Assembly: GCA_025924515.1 (NCBI GenBank)
Contig: JAICIE010000004.1
Coordinates: forward strand, 1,228-65,227
Source of the DNA: Jatrophihabitans sp.
GTDB taxonomy: Bacteria; Actinomycetota; Actinomycetes; Mycobacteriales; Jatrophihabitantaceae
Length of the DNA stretch: 64,000 nucleotides
Direction of reading: 5' to 3'
The notes under the pieces are model-generated. The model saw only the letters and a list, made by a program, of their open reading frames with translations, was not told where the DNA came from and did no database searches. The translations under genes were made by a program, and so were the position numbers. Shown one piece after another: positions 1 through 8,662 of this stretch. Numbering within the stretch: the first letter of the stretch is position 1; each line of letters opens with the position of its first letter.

Positions 1-312
1 CCCGACGAGGGCATCATGTTCGGCGAGCGCGGTCGCGAGCTGACGCAGGTCGGTGAGCGTGTCGACCTCCCACGCGAGGTGGTACAGACCGACGGTGCTG
101 CGACCGGCCGGCGAGTCCCCCGCGTCGGCGCCGATCTGGAACAACCCGAGGTCGTGGTCGTTCGTCGACCCCGGCGCCCTGAGGAAGGCGGCGCCGCGCA
201 GGCCGCCGCTCCCGTCGATGGGCGTGAACCCGAGGACGTCGCGGTAGAACCCCACGCTGCGCGCGACATCGCGCACGAACAGCACGGCGTGGTTGAGGCG
301 GTGGATCGGCAT
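1..312 (-). CDS. VOC (glyoxalase/bleomycin-resistance/extradiol dioxygenase) superfamily protein, partial; C-terminus lies left of the window
   Basis: Absent from the ORF track because it runs off the window edge. Manual reverse translation from ATG at 312..310 gives 104 open codons: MPIHRLNHAVLFVRDVARSVGFYRDVLGFTPIDGSGG...STVGLYHLAWEVDTL...AEHDALVG. This is a typical VOC N-terminal module, with G/C-rich third positions. Confidence 0.7.
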   Translation of the reverse strand, partial: MPIHRLNHAVLFVRDVARSVGFYRDVLGFTPIDGSGGLRGAAFLRAPGSTNDHDLGLFQIGADAGDSPAGRSTVGLYHLAWEVDTLTDLRQLATALAEHDALVG

Positions 313-324
313 GGCTGTTGTCCT

Positions 325-352
325 CTCGTCCTGGGATCAAGTGTAGGACGAG
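325..352. promoter_or_regulatory. Inverted repeat CTCGTCCT-N12-AGGACGAG in the divergent VOC/MarR spacer (candidate MarR operator)
   Basis: Perfect 8-bp arms at 325..332 and 345..352, read directly. Located between divergent start codons 312 (-) and 357/399 (+). Confidence 0.3.
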
Positions 353-398
353 TTGATTGAGCTTTCAACCTTACGGCAAAGTCTCTATCCTGATCGCC

Positions 399-854
399 GT
401 GGCGACGAGGTGGCTCACCGGCGAGGAGCAGCGGGCGTGGCGCGCCTACCTCGAGGCGACGCTACTGCTGTTCGACGCGCTCGATCGCGAGCTGCAGCGC
501 GAGGCGAACATGCCGCACGCCTACTACGAGATCTTGGTGCGTCTGTCGGAGGCGCACGGCCGCAGCCTGCGGATGAGCGAGCTGGCCGAGCGGACCAGGT
601 CGTCGCGCAGCCGGCTGTCGCACGCGGTGGCCCGCCTGGAGGAGCGCGGCTGGGTGGTGCGGCGCGACTGCCCGGACGATCGGCGCGGCCAGGTCGCGGA
701 ACTCACCGACGACGGATTCGCCGTGTTGGCGGCCGCGGCGCCGAAGCACGTCGCGGCGGTCCGCGAGCACCTCATCGATCGGCTCAGTCCGCACCAGCTC
801 AGCGCGCTCGCCGAGATCGGCGATGCGGTAGTGGCCGGGCTGTCCGAACGCTGA
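399..854 (+). CDS. MarR-family transcriptional regulator
   Basis: ORF 357..854. Winged-helix core: LRMSELAERTRSSRSRLSHAVARLEERGWVVRRDCPDDRRG. GTG 399 (VATRWLTGEEQRAWRAYL) is preferred over TTG 357, but the start is uncertain. Confidence 0.8.
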   Translation: MATRWLTGEEQRAWRAYLEATLLLFDALDRELQREANMPHAYYEILVRLSEAHGRSLRMSELAERTRSSRSRLSHAVARLEERGWVVRRDCPDDRRGQVAELTDDGFAVLAAAAPKHVAAVREHLIDRLSPHQLSALAEIGDAVVAGLSER

Positions 855-1961
855 TCAGGCCAGGTCGACGACGGCGGCCACCGGGCCGCCACCGTCCGGG
901 CCCTGATGCGCGGCCGACACGGAGACGAAGACCGCGGGATCCCCGGTGACGGCAGCGGCGACGCCGCCGACGCAAGCCTTGATCTGCCGGTGCCAGTGGA
1001 CGTCGGAGTCGTCGAGCATGGCGTTGCGCCGGCCCCGCACCTCTCCGTCCTGGCTGGCCTCGCACTTGATGAAGACGTTGACCAGCCGCCCGGCGAGATC
1101 GCTTGGGTGGGGGCGGTCGGGCAGCGGAAGGCCCGCGTCGCGGATCGCCGCCCAGATCCCGTCCTGGTCGAGCGCGTCCTTCATGACGCCGTGCCCGATG
1201 CGGTAGCGGCCGCCGATACCCCGGGCGTTGCCGACGACGACGACCTGCGCCCGGTCGAGTTCGACGCCCGACGAGCAGGACGCGACCGACGAGTAGAGCT
1301 CGCGGTTGCGCAGCACGTCCTCGTCGCCGGGCATTTCGATCTCTCCGAGCGCCACCGCGATGCCCAGCGCGGTTCCGCCGTTCGAGACGTCCATCGACGT
1401 GAGCGTGTCCTCGGTGAAGACGGTCTTCCCGCGCCGCTTGGCGTCACGGATGGTGTCGATCGTCAGCAGCGGCGTCTTGGTCTGGACGTAATGCACGTCC
1501 GCCGGGTCGGTGATCCCGGCTCGCTCCATCGCGATCTTCACCGCATCGGCGACCTTGGTGATCATGGTTGTGCGGCCGATGTCCTCGGGCAGCAGCACGT
1601 CGCTCATGGCGAACCCCACGGTGAGGCGCGGCTCGTCGCTCGGCACCGCCTGGTCGGCGGGCACGGTCGCGAACACCGTCGCGTGCGGGCTGATGACTCC
1701 GTCCGTGCCGCCCGACCACACGATCGGGATCTGCTTGATGTCCTCTTCGCTCCTCGTCCCCTTGGCGAGGAGAACCTCGCGGAACGCCCGGTCGGCGATG
1801 ATCCGGGTGTAGTCGTTGACGCCGCCGTTGCCCTCGGTCTTGCCGATCACGGCGACGACCCGATCCGCGTCGATCACCCCCTCGTCGAGGAGCTTCGCCA
1901 GTTCGCTGGCGTCGGAGACGGAGTGCAGCGGCAGCTTGCGCACCTCGATCGGCTCAGGCAC
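855..1961 (-). CDS. Ring-opening amidohydrolase of the AtzD/TrzD cyanuric acid hydrolase / barbiturase family
   Basis: ORF 855..2069 trimmed to GTG 1961, which is preceded by GGAGG. Family-typical motifs: [60 protein letters not shown]. About 368 aa, as expected for the family. Confidence 0.85.
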   Translation of the reverse strand: MPEPIEVRKLPLHSVSDASELAKLLDEGVIDADRVVAVIGKTEGNGGVNDYTRIIADRAFREVLLAKGTRSEEDIKQIPIVWSGGTDGVISPHATVFATVPADQAVPSDEPRLTVGFAMSDVLLPEDIGRTTMITKVADAVKIAMERAGITDPADVHYVQTKTPLLTIDTIRDAKRRGKTVFTEDTLTSMDVSNGGTALGIAVALGEIEMPGDEDVLRNRELYSSVASCSSGVELDRAQVVVVGNARGIGGRYRIGHGVMKDALDQDGIWAAIRDAGLPLPDRPHPSDLAGRLVNVFIKCEASQDGEVRGRRNAMLDDSDVHWHRQIKACVGGVAAAVTGDPAVFVSVSAAHQGPDGGGPVAAVVDLA

Positions 1962-1993
1962 TGAAAACCTCCGGAATCTCGGACGATCAATGG

Positions 1994-2923
1994 TCAGGAC
2001 GCCACGCGGGTGCCGACGCGGCCGGCGAGGGCGGCGGCGATCTGGTCGAGCGACGTGATCGCCGCCCACCGCCCGCTCGCGGCGACGCGACAGGCCGCCT
2101 CGACTTTCGGGCCCATGCTGCCCTCGGCGAACTCGCCGCTGTCGGCCAGCGCGCGAAGCTCCGCGGCGGAAACCTCGCCGAGCGGGCGCGCGGCCGCGCT
2201 ACCCCATCCCACGACCGCGGCGTCGACGTCCGTGGCGATCACCAAACCGTCCGCGTCGAGGGCCTCGGTCAAGAGCGCAGCCGTGAGGTCCTTGTCGATG
2301 ACTGCCTCGACGCCGTAGAGAGAGCCGTCGTCGTGGCGCACCACCGGAACGCCGCCACCGCCCGCGCACACCACCACGTATCCCGCGTCGACAAGGGTCC
2401 GTGCGGCCGCCGCGTCGAGGCACTGCCGGGGCTCGGGAGACGCGACGACCCGGCGCCAGCCACGCTCGCCGCGGTCCTGCCACACCTGCCCGTGCTGGAT
2501 CATCACCCGCGCCTCCTCGGCGGTGAGATACCGCCCGATCGGTTTGGAGGGTGCGGCGAAGTGCGGATCGTCGCGGTCGACGAGCGTGCGGCTGACCAGG
2601 GCCGCGGTGCGTTTGCCGACACCGCGCCGGGCGAGTGCCGCGTCGAGCGCGTCGAGAACCAGCACGCCGATCGTCCCCTGCGTCTGGGCGCCGCACCAGT
2701 CCAAGGGCACCGGCGGGACGACCCCGGCCGCGAGCTCGTTCTTGACCAGGAGGTTGCCGACCTGCGGTCCGTTGCCGTGGGTCAGGACGACCTCGGTGCC
2801 CGCGGCCACAAGATCGGCGACCGTCTCCATCGCGGCCGTGATGGCCCGCTGCTGGTCGTCCGGGCGCGCAGTGCCGTCGGGGGCGGTCATCGCGTTTCCG
2901 CCGAGCGCGATCACGACCCGCAC
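1994..2923 (-). CDS. arcC: Carbamate kinase
   Basis: [12 protein letters not shown]...[15 protein letters not shown]...[10 protein letters not shown]...VIDKD; full-length 309 aa. Starts 3 nt after the upstream gene's stop. Confidence 0.9.
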   Translation of the reverse strand: MRVVIALGGNAMTAPDGTARPDDQQRAITAAMETVADLVAAGTEVVLTHGNGPQVGNLLVKNELAAGVVPPVPLDWCGAQTQGTIGVLVLDALDAALARRGVGKRTAALVSRTLVDRDDPHFAAPSKPIGRYLTAEEARVMIQHGQVWQDRGERGWRRVVASPEPRQCLDAAAARTLVDAGYVVVCAGGGGVPVVRHDDGSLYGVEAVIDKDLTAALLTEALDADGLVIATDVDAAVVGWGSAAARPLGEVSAAELRALADSGEFAEGSMGPKVEAACRVAASGRWAAITSLDQIAAALAGRVGTRVAS

Positions 2924-2926
2924 CGC

Positions 2927-4090
2927 TCAGCCGTCCTCGTCGAGCCAGGCCCGGATGGCCGCTCCGTGCTGGTCGAGGGTGGGCGGCGCGAGGTTCTCCT
3001 CCCGCGCGCCGCCGTACCCCGCGTCGTCCAGCCGCAGGGGTGGGCCAGGCAGGCTGATCCGCCCGAGCGCGGGGTGCGCGACGTCGATCAGGAGTCCTTG
3101 TGATCGCGTCTGGTCCCACTCGTAGACCTCGGCCAGGTTGCGTACCTTTCCGGCCGGGACGCCGAGATCGGCCAGGCGCTGCAGCAGATCAAGGCTCGGG
3201 TAACGGCTGAACGCCTCGTTCACGGCAGCGATCACCGCATCGCGGTCACGGACCCGCTGCGGATTGGTCGCCCACTCCTCGCGGTCGAGTCCGAACGGTG
3301 ACGCGAACCTGCGCCACAGGCCGTCGCTGCCCACCGAGATCTGCACCGGGCCGTCGGCCGCCGAGAACAGTCCGTACGGGCAGATCGACGGATGGTGCCC
3401 GCCCGTCGCCTGCGGGACCTCGCCGGCGACCGTGTACCGGGTGCCCTGGAAGGCGTGCACCCCCACGATCGCGGCGAGCAGGCTGGTGCGCACGACCCGG
3501 CCGCGTCCGGTGCGTGCGCGCTCGTGCAGCGCCGCAACCGCACCGTACGCGCCGTACATCCCGGCGAGCAGGTCGGCGATGGGCACGCCGACACGCGTGG
3601 GCTGCTCCTGCGACGGTCCGGTCAGCGACATCAACCCGCCTTCGCCCTGGGCGATCTGGTCGTATCCGGCGCGTCCGCCCTCCGGCCCGTCGTGCCCGAA
3701 GCCGCTGATCGACAGGATGACAAGGCCGGGATTCAGCCCATGCAGCCGGCGGACGCCGAAGCCGAGCCGGTCCAGCACCCCGGGACGGAAGTTTTCGACC
3801 AGGACGTCAGCCTTCCTGATCAGCCGGGCCAAAACGTCACGACCCTCTTCGCTCTTGAGGTCGAGTGCGATCGATTCCTTGTTGCGGTTGCAGGACAGGA
3901 AGTAGGTCGAGTGCTCGTTCCCGTCGCTGCCCGGCACGAACGGCGGCCCCCACCCGCGGGTGTCGTCGCCCCCGTCCGGCGACTCGACCTTGATGACGCG
4001 GGCGCCCAGGTCGCCCAGCATCATGGCGGCGTGCGGGCCGGCGAGCGCGCGCGACAGGTCCACCACCAGGACGTCCTCGAGCAGGCTCAC
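2927..4090 (-). CDS. Type III (CaiB/BaiF/Frc family) CoA-transferase
   Basis: ORF 2927..4297 trimmed to GTG 4090 (VSLLEDVLVVDLSRALAGPHAAMMLGDLGARVIKVESP...VLVENFRPGVLDRLGFG). The GTGA start overlaps the hyuB-like stop. Confidence 0.85.
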   Translation of the reverse strand: MSLLEDVLVVDLSRALAGPHAAMMLGDLGARVIKVESPDGGDDTRGWGPPFVPGSDGNEHSTYFLSCNRNKESIALDLKSEEGRDVLARLIRKADVLVENFRPGVLDRLGFGVRRLHGLNPGLVILSISGFGHDGPEGGRAGYDQIAQGEGGLMSLTGPSQEQPTRVGVPIADLLAGMYGAYGAVAALHERARTGRGRVVRTSLLAAIVGVHAFQGTRYTVAGEVPQATGGHHPSICPYGLFSAADGPVQISVGSDGLWRRFASPFGLDREEWATNPQRVRDRDAVIAAVNEAFSRYPSLDLLQRLADLGVPAGKVRNLAEVYEWDQTRSQGLLIDVAHPALGRISLPGPPLRLDDAGYGGAREENLAPPTLDQHGAAIRAWLDEDG

Positions 4091-5943
4091 CGGTAGTCGA
4101 CCTCCGCGGCAGGGCGGCCGCCGGAGAGCCGGGCGTACCCCGGTCCGCGGTCGAAGAATGCCTCGCCGCCGCGCGCCGCACGCATCTCGCGCCGCAACTG
4201 CTCGGTGGCCGGCAGGTGCACGCCCGGGTCGTCGTCGGGTCCGTCGACCACGACCCCGTACTCGTCCCGGGCCGCCGCTCGCGACACCTTGCGCCACAGG
4301 ACGTCCCGGGCCACCAGGGCTGGATCCCGCTCGAGCGGGTCGCCCCAGCCGCCCCCGCCGGTCGTCCGGATGCGGATGGTGGTGCCCGCCGGGACGAACT
4401 CGGCGTCGACCAGAGCGGCGACGTCGCGCTCGGTCGGGCCGCCGGGATCGACAGTGACTTGGAACGGGCGGCCGGCCCGTCCGCCCTTGACGCCCCAGCA
4501 GGACAAGATGGAGCGGTCGGCGATGGACATGAAGTGCGCGTCGCGGAGCATGCGCAGATGCTTCTCGTAGCCGAGACCGCCGCGGAACCTGCCTGCGCCG
4601 CCGGAATCGACCGCGAGACCGAGCCGCTCGACGACGAACGGAAACCGCGCCTCGGTGAACTCCGTCGGCAGGTTCCGCGAGTCGGGCACGACGTGGATGG
4701 TGTCCTCGCCGTCGGCGTAATGACGGCCGCCGGATCCGCCGCCGAGGACCTCGCGCATCAGGTACGGCGCACCGGAGCGGTCGGTGCCGTAGACGCCGGT
4801 GTAGCGGATCGTCTCCTGATCGGCGGGCATACGCCCGTCCACGGCTTTGGCCAGCACTCCGGCCAGCACACCGAGCAGGCGGAGGATCACGAACGTCCTC
4901 GCGTTGGTGGGCGCCGGGAACACCGGGGTGAGCAGGGTTCCCGGCGGTGGGAAACGCATCTCGATCAGCGCTACCACGCCCTCATTCACGTCCAACTCGG
5001 CCATCCGCTCGGGGGAGTCCGCGAGGTTGCGGAGGATCGGCGCGAGCCACTTCTTGAGGAAGTTGCCGTCGGCGTAGTCGCCGCAGTGGTTGATCGGACC
5101 CTTGGCCTGCGGGGAGGTCCCGGCGAAGTCGAGAACGATGTTGTCCGCCGTGCGCGTCAGCGTGATCCGCTGCCGGTGCAGCATCGGCGGGTCGACCCCG
5201 TCGTGCTCGGCGTAGTCCTCCCACGTCCACGTCCCTTCCGGGATCTTGGCCAGGATCTCGCGGCGGAATGTCTCGGTGGTGTTGGCGACGATTGCGTCGA
5301 AGGAGGACTCGATCGTGTCCCGTCCGTACCGGTCGAACAGTTCGGCCAGCCGGCGCGAGCCCATCAGGCAGGCCGAACACTCGGCGTCGAGATCGGCGGC
5401 CAGCGAGTCCGGCATGCGGGAATTGCGCGTCATGATGGCGAGCGCGGCGCGGTTCGGCACCCCGCGATCCCACAACTTGATCGGCGGGACCATCAGTCCT
5501 TCCTCGAAGACGCTGCGCGCAGAGCTGGGCATGGAGCCCGGGACCGAGCCGCCGATGTCGTCGTGATGCCCGAAAGCCTGCACGAAGGCGACCACCTCAC
5601 CGCCGTGGAACACCGGCACGGTCACGCACAGGTCCGGAAGGTGGCCGATCCCGCCCTCGGAGAGGTAGACGTCGTTGTGGAAGAACACATCGCCGGGGCG
5701 CATCGTGTCGATCGGGAAGTCGCGGGCGACGGGGTGCACCAGAGCGCTGTACGACCGCCCGGTCAGCTTGCGCAGAATGCGGTCGTGTATCCCGGCCCGA
5801 TAATCGTGCGCATCCCTGATCATCGGCGAGCGGGACGTGCGTCCGATGGCGGTCTCGACCTCCTTCTCTATCGACGCGAGGCTGCCCTGCACGATCTCGA
5901 GGACGACCGGATCGACCGCCGAGTTGCCGGTGAGGGTCTTCAT
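4087..5943 (-). CDS. Hydantoinase B / oxoprolinase family protein (HyuB-like)
   Basis: ORF 4087..6129 trimmed to ATG 5943 (MKTLTGNSAVDPVVLEIVQGSLASIEKEVETAIGRTSRSPMIRDAHDYRAGI...). ATGA overlap with the hyuA-like stop. Confidence 0.85.
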   Translation of the reverse strand: MKTLTGNSAVDPVVLEIVQGSLASIEKEVETAIGRTSRSPMIRDAHDYRAGIHDRILRKLTGRSYSALVHPVARDFPIDTMRPGDVFFHNDVYLSEGGIGHLPDLCVTVPVFHGGEVVAFVQAFGHHDDIGGSVPGSMPSSARSVFEEGLMVPPIKLWDRGVPNRAALAIMTRNSRMPDSLAADLDAECSACLMGSRRLAELFDRYGRDTIESSFDAIVANTTETFRREILAKIPEGTWTWEDYAEHDGVDPPMLHRQRITLTRTADNIVLDFAGTSPQAKGPINHCGDYADGNFLKKWLAPILRNLADSPERMAELDVNEGVVALIEMRFPPPGTLLTPVFPAPTNARTFVILRLLGVLAGVLAKAVDGRMPADQETIRYTGVYGTDRSGAPYLMREVLGGGSGGRHYADGEDTIHVVPDSRNLPTEFTEARFPFVVERLGLAVDSGGAGRFRGGLGYEKHLRMLRDAHFMSIADRSILSCWGVKGGRAGRPFQVTVDPGGPTERDVAALVDAEFVPAGTTIRIRTTGGGGWGDPLERDPALVARDVLWRKVSRAAARDEYGVVVDGPDDDPGVHLPATEQLRREMRAARGGEAFFDRGPGYARLSGGRPAAEVDYR

Positions 5944-8042
5944 CGCGCCGCCCGTGCGGTTATGATCAGGCTTCCGTACTTGTCGACACGGGCGGTGAAC
6001 CCCGGGTGCAGCGGGACGGTCGAGCCGTATTCCTCGATGACGGCAGGCCCGTGGACGACCGCGCCCGCCGACAGGTCGCCGCGCCGGAAGAGAGGCGTCA
6101 CTTGGTAGCCGCCCGCGGGATCGAAGCACACGGACCGCGCACCGGTCGGCAGGTCGGTGCCGCCACCGGCGAGCGGGCGCAGCTCAGGACGGCTGATCGG
6201 TCCCACGCCGGTCACGCGGAGGTTCACCCATTCGACCTGCTGTCTGGCGTCGTCGCGGAAGTCGTATCCGTAGAGGGCGCGGTGCGCGTCGTGGAACGCG
6301 GCGGCGACGAGCTGCGGGTAAAGCTCGCCGTCCGCAACCGGCACCCGCACCTCGAACGCCTGGCCGAAGTAGCGCAGGTCGGCCGACCGCAGGAAGCGCT
6401 GCTCCTCGGGGTGGAAGCCCTCGACCGCCAGCGCGTCGGCGGCGTCGCGCTGCAGGTCGGCGAACACGTCCTCGACCGCCGCCGGATCGAGATCGGCGTG
6501 CCGCGATACGGCCGTCCGCACGTAGTCGTTCTTGACATCGACGGTCAGCAGGCCGAACGCGCTGACGTTGCCGGGGTTCGGCGGCACGAGGACGGAGTGC
6601 AGACCGAGAATGTCGACCAATCGGCACAGCAGCAGCGGTCCCGACCCACCGAACGTGACCAAGGTGAAGTCGCGGACGTCCAGCCCGCGCTTCACGGTCG
6701 TCTGTCGGAGCGCGTTCGCCTGGTTCCACGCCGAGATCTCCAGGATGCCCGCCGCGCAGGCTGCGGTGTCGAGTCCGAGCCGGCCGGCGAGCTGTTCGAT
6801 GCCGTCTTCCGCGGCCGCGAACTCGAGCGGGACTTCACCGCCGAGAAGGGACGGCGGAATCCGCCCCATGACGAGGTGGGCGTCGGTAACGGTCACGTCC
6901 CGGCCGCCGCGCGAATAGCACAGCGGGCCCGGGTCGGCTCCTGCGGATGCGGGGCCGACCTTCAGGGTTCCTTCCGGTGACAACCAGGCGATCGAGCCGC
7001 CTCCGGCGCCGACGGTGACCACGTCGAGCATCGGAATCTTCGACGGGTAGCTGCCGATCGACCCCTCGGTGGTGAGCGTCGGCTCGCCGTCGAGAACGAC
7101 GGCCACGTCGGTGGAGGTGCCGCCGCCGTCGCAGGTCAGCACCCGGTCGAACCCGGCGGTACGGGCGATGAGGGCAGCGCCGAGCGCTCCGGCGGCAGGT
7201 CCGCTGAGGACCGTCGTGATCGGTTGGTGCACGACCTCGTCGGCCGACAGCACGCCGCCGTTCGACTTCATGACGTAGAACGGGAGCGGTCGGTCGCTCA
7301 ACTGCTCGAGCCGCGAGCTGATCGATCGGACGTAGCGGGCCACCCGCGGCTTGACCGCCGCGTCGACGAGCGTGGTCATCGACCGTTCGTATTCGCGGTA
7401 TTCCCGCAACACCTCGCTGGAGATCGAGACGACGGCGTCCGGGTGCTCACGCGCCAACACGTCCTGCATGCGGCGCTCGTGGTGCGGGTTGGCGTAGGAG
7501 TGCAGGAAGCAGACGCCGAGGGTATTCACCCCCCGGGCCCGGAACCACCGGGCGACCGCGACCGCGCCGTCCTCGTCGAACGGCCGGATCTCGGCGCCGG
7601 TGAAGTCCAGCCGTCCGCCGACCGTCTTCACCAGGTGGGCGGGAACGATGCGGTCGGGCTTCACCCAGAAATACGAGTTCCCGTAACCGTCCGGCACCGA
7701 TTGCCGCGCGATCTCCAGAATGAACTCATACCCCTCGGTGGTGATGAATCCGAGCGTGCCCAGCTTGCCCTCGAGCAGCTGGTTCGTCGCCACCGTCGTG
7801 CCGTGGCTCACCGAGTGGAGCTGGTCGCCGGCCGCGCCCAGCTGCTCCAGGATCTTCGTCAGACCGGCGAGGAAGGCATCGGCCGGATCTTCCGGCGTGG
7901 ACGGAGTCTTGGTGCTGGTGAGCAGGCCGGTCGACTCGTCGAAGGCAACCACGTCGGTGAACGTGCCGCCGGTGTCGATGCCGATCCGCAGCCGCCCGGT
8001 GGCGGTCGCCGGCCGACTGTCCGGCCTCGTCACGGGTGGCAT
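5940..8042 (-). CDS. Hydantoinase A / oxoprolinase family protein (HyuA-like, ASKHA ATPase fold)
   Basis: RIGIDTGGTFTDVVAF N-terminal motif and a later CDGGGTSTDV motif; 700 aa. Confidence 0.85.
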   Translation of the reverse strand: MPPVTRPDSRPATATGRLRIGIDTGGTFTDVVAFDESTGLLTSTKTPSTPEDPADAFLAGLTKILEQLGAAGDQLHSVSHGTTVATNQLLEGKLGTLGFITTEGYEFILEIARQSVPDGYGNSYFWVKPDRIVPAHLVKTVGGRLDFTGAEIRPFDEDGAVAVARWFRARGVNTLGVCFLHSYANPHHERRMQDVLAREHPDAVVSISSEVLREYREYERSMTTLVDAAVKPRVARYVRSISSRLEQLSDRPLPFYVMKSNGGVLSADEVVHQPITTVLSGPAAGALGAALIARTAGFDRVLTCDGGGTSTDVAVVLDGEPTLTTEGSIGSYPSKIPMLDVVTVGAGGGSIAWLSPEGTLKVGPASAGADPGPLCYSRGGRDVTVTDAHLVMGRIPPSLLGGEVPLEFAAAEDGIEQLAGRLGLDTAACAAGILEISAWNQANALRQTTVKRGLDVRDFTLVTFGGSGPLLLCRLVDILGLHSVLVPPNPGNVSAFGLLTVDVKNDYVRTAVSRHADLDPAAVEDVFADLQRDAADALAVEGFHPEEQRFLRSADLRYFGQAFEVRVPVADGELYPQLVAAAFHDAHRALYGYDFRDDARQQVEWVNLRVTGVGPISRPELRPLAGGGTDLPTGARSVCFDPAGGYQVTPLFRRGDLSAGAVVHGPAVIEEYGSTVPLHPGFTARVDKYGSLIITARAAR

Positions 8043-8662
8043 CAGCAGCGCCTGCCGATGCGTCCCACCGCGGTCCCGACGAGCACGCCGGCCAGCGCGA
8101 CCACTGCACCGACGAGCACGCCGCGGAGAAAGGTGTCCTGGCCGGCGGCAACCGGGGCGGGCGCCGAGAAGACACCGGCGGGCGGTGCCGGCGCCGCGGC
8201 CGTCTCGGCCGGTACCGCCTCCTTGCCGGATAGGACGTCGTCGACCGCGGCGAAGAACTCTGCGGCCATCCGCCTGCCGACCGCGGCGAGCATCCGCTGT
8301 CCGACGCCGGCGACCATGCCGCCGACGACGGCGTCGGCGTCATACCGCACGAGGGTCTGCGAGTCGCCGGCCGGATCGAGAAGGACGCGGACGTCGGTGC
8401 GAACGGTGCCCGGCGCGCCCGCTCCCGAGGCCGTCATGACGAACGAGTGCGGTTCCTTCTTGTCCGACAGCGCCACCTCGCCGGTGTACGTGCCCTTGAC
8501 CGCCGCAACGCCCGCGGTGACGGTCATGGAATAGGCATCCGCTCCCGTCGTCTCGAGCCGTTCGCAGCCGGGGATGGTCCGCACCAAGACCGCCGGGTCG
8601 TTCAACGCCCGCCAGACCCGGTCGACCGGCGCGTGCAGGGTCGCCTCACCGCTGACCTTCAT
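8042..8662 (-). CDS. CoxG-like SRPBCC protein with C-terminal membrane anchor
   Basis: MKVSGEATLHAPVDRVWRALNDPAVLVRTIPGCERLE... (CoxG/SRPBCC). Hydrophobic C-terminal segment FLRGVLVGAVVALAGVLVGTAVG. ATGA overlap with the large-subunit stop. Confidence 0.8.
   Translation of the reverse strand: MKVSGEATLHAPVDRVWRALNDPAVLVRTIPGCERLETTGADAYSMTVTAGVAAVKGTYTGEVALSDKKEPHSFVMTASGAGAPGTVRTDVRVLLDPAGDSQTLVRYDADAVVGGMVAGVGQRMLAAVGRRMAAEFFAAVDDVLSGKEAVPAETAAAPAPPAGVFSAPAPVAAGQDTFLRGVLVGAVVALAGVLVGTAVGRIGRRC

Noticed and set aside
855-1961. Interpreting the locus as an s-triazine/cyanuric acid mineralisation cluster.
   Set aside because: No biuret hydrolase, allophanate hydrolase (AtzF) or AtzE/G/H-type genes are in the window. 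The companions (Mo hydroxylase, NCS2 permease, PucR) fit nucleobase-type substrates better. Not fully excluded without phylogeny.
906-1964. 352-aa plus-strand ORF opposite the AtzD-family gene. Similar long antisense ORFs: 4216..6108 (+), 6006..6980 (+), 8980..11082 (+), 15873..17624 (-), 39408..40484 (-), 41220..42863 (-), 44463..46508 (-), 47497..49971 (-), 59131..60294 (-) and 60307..61050 (-).
   Set aside because: Their translations are Arg/Gly/Pro/Asp/His-rich low-complexity strings with no recognisable motifs. Each lies antisense to a gene with strong family signatures. Stop-poor antisense frames are expected in DNA of this GC content.
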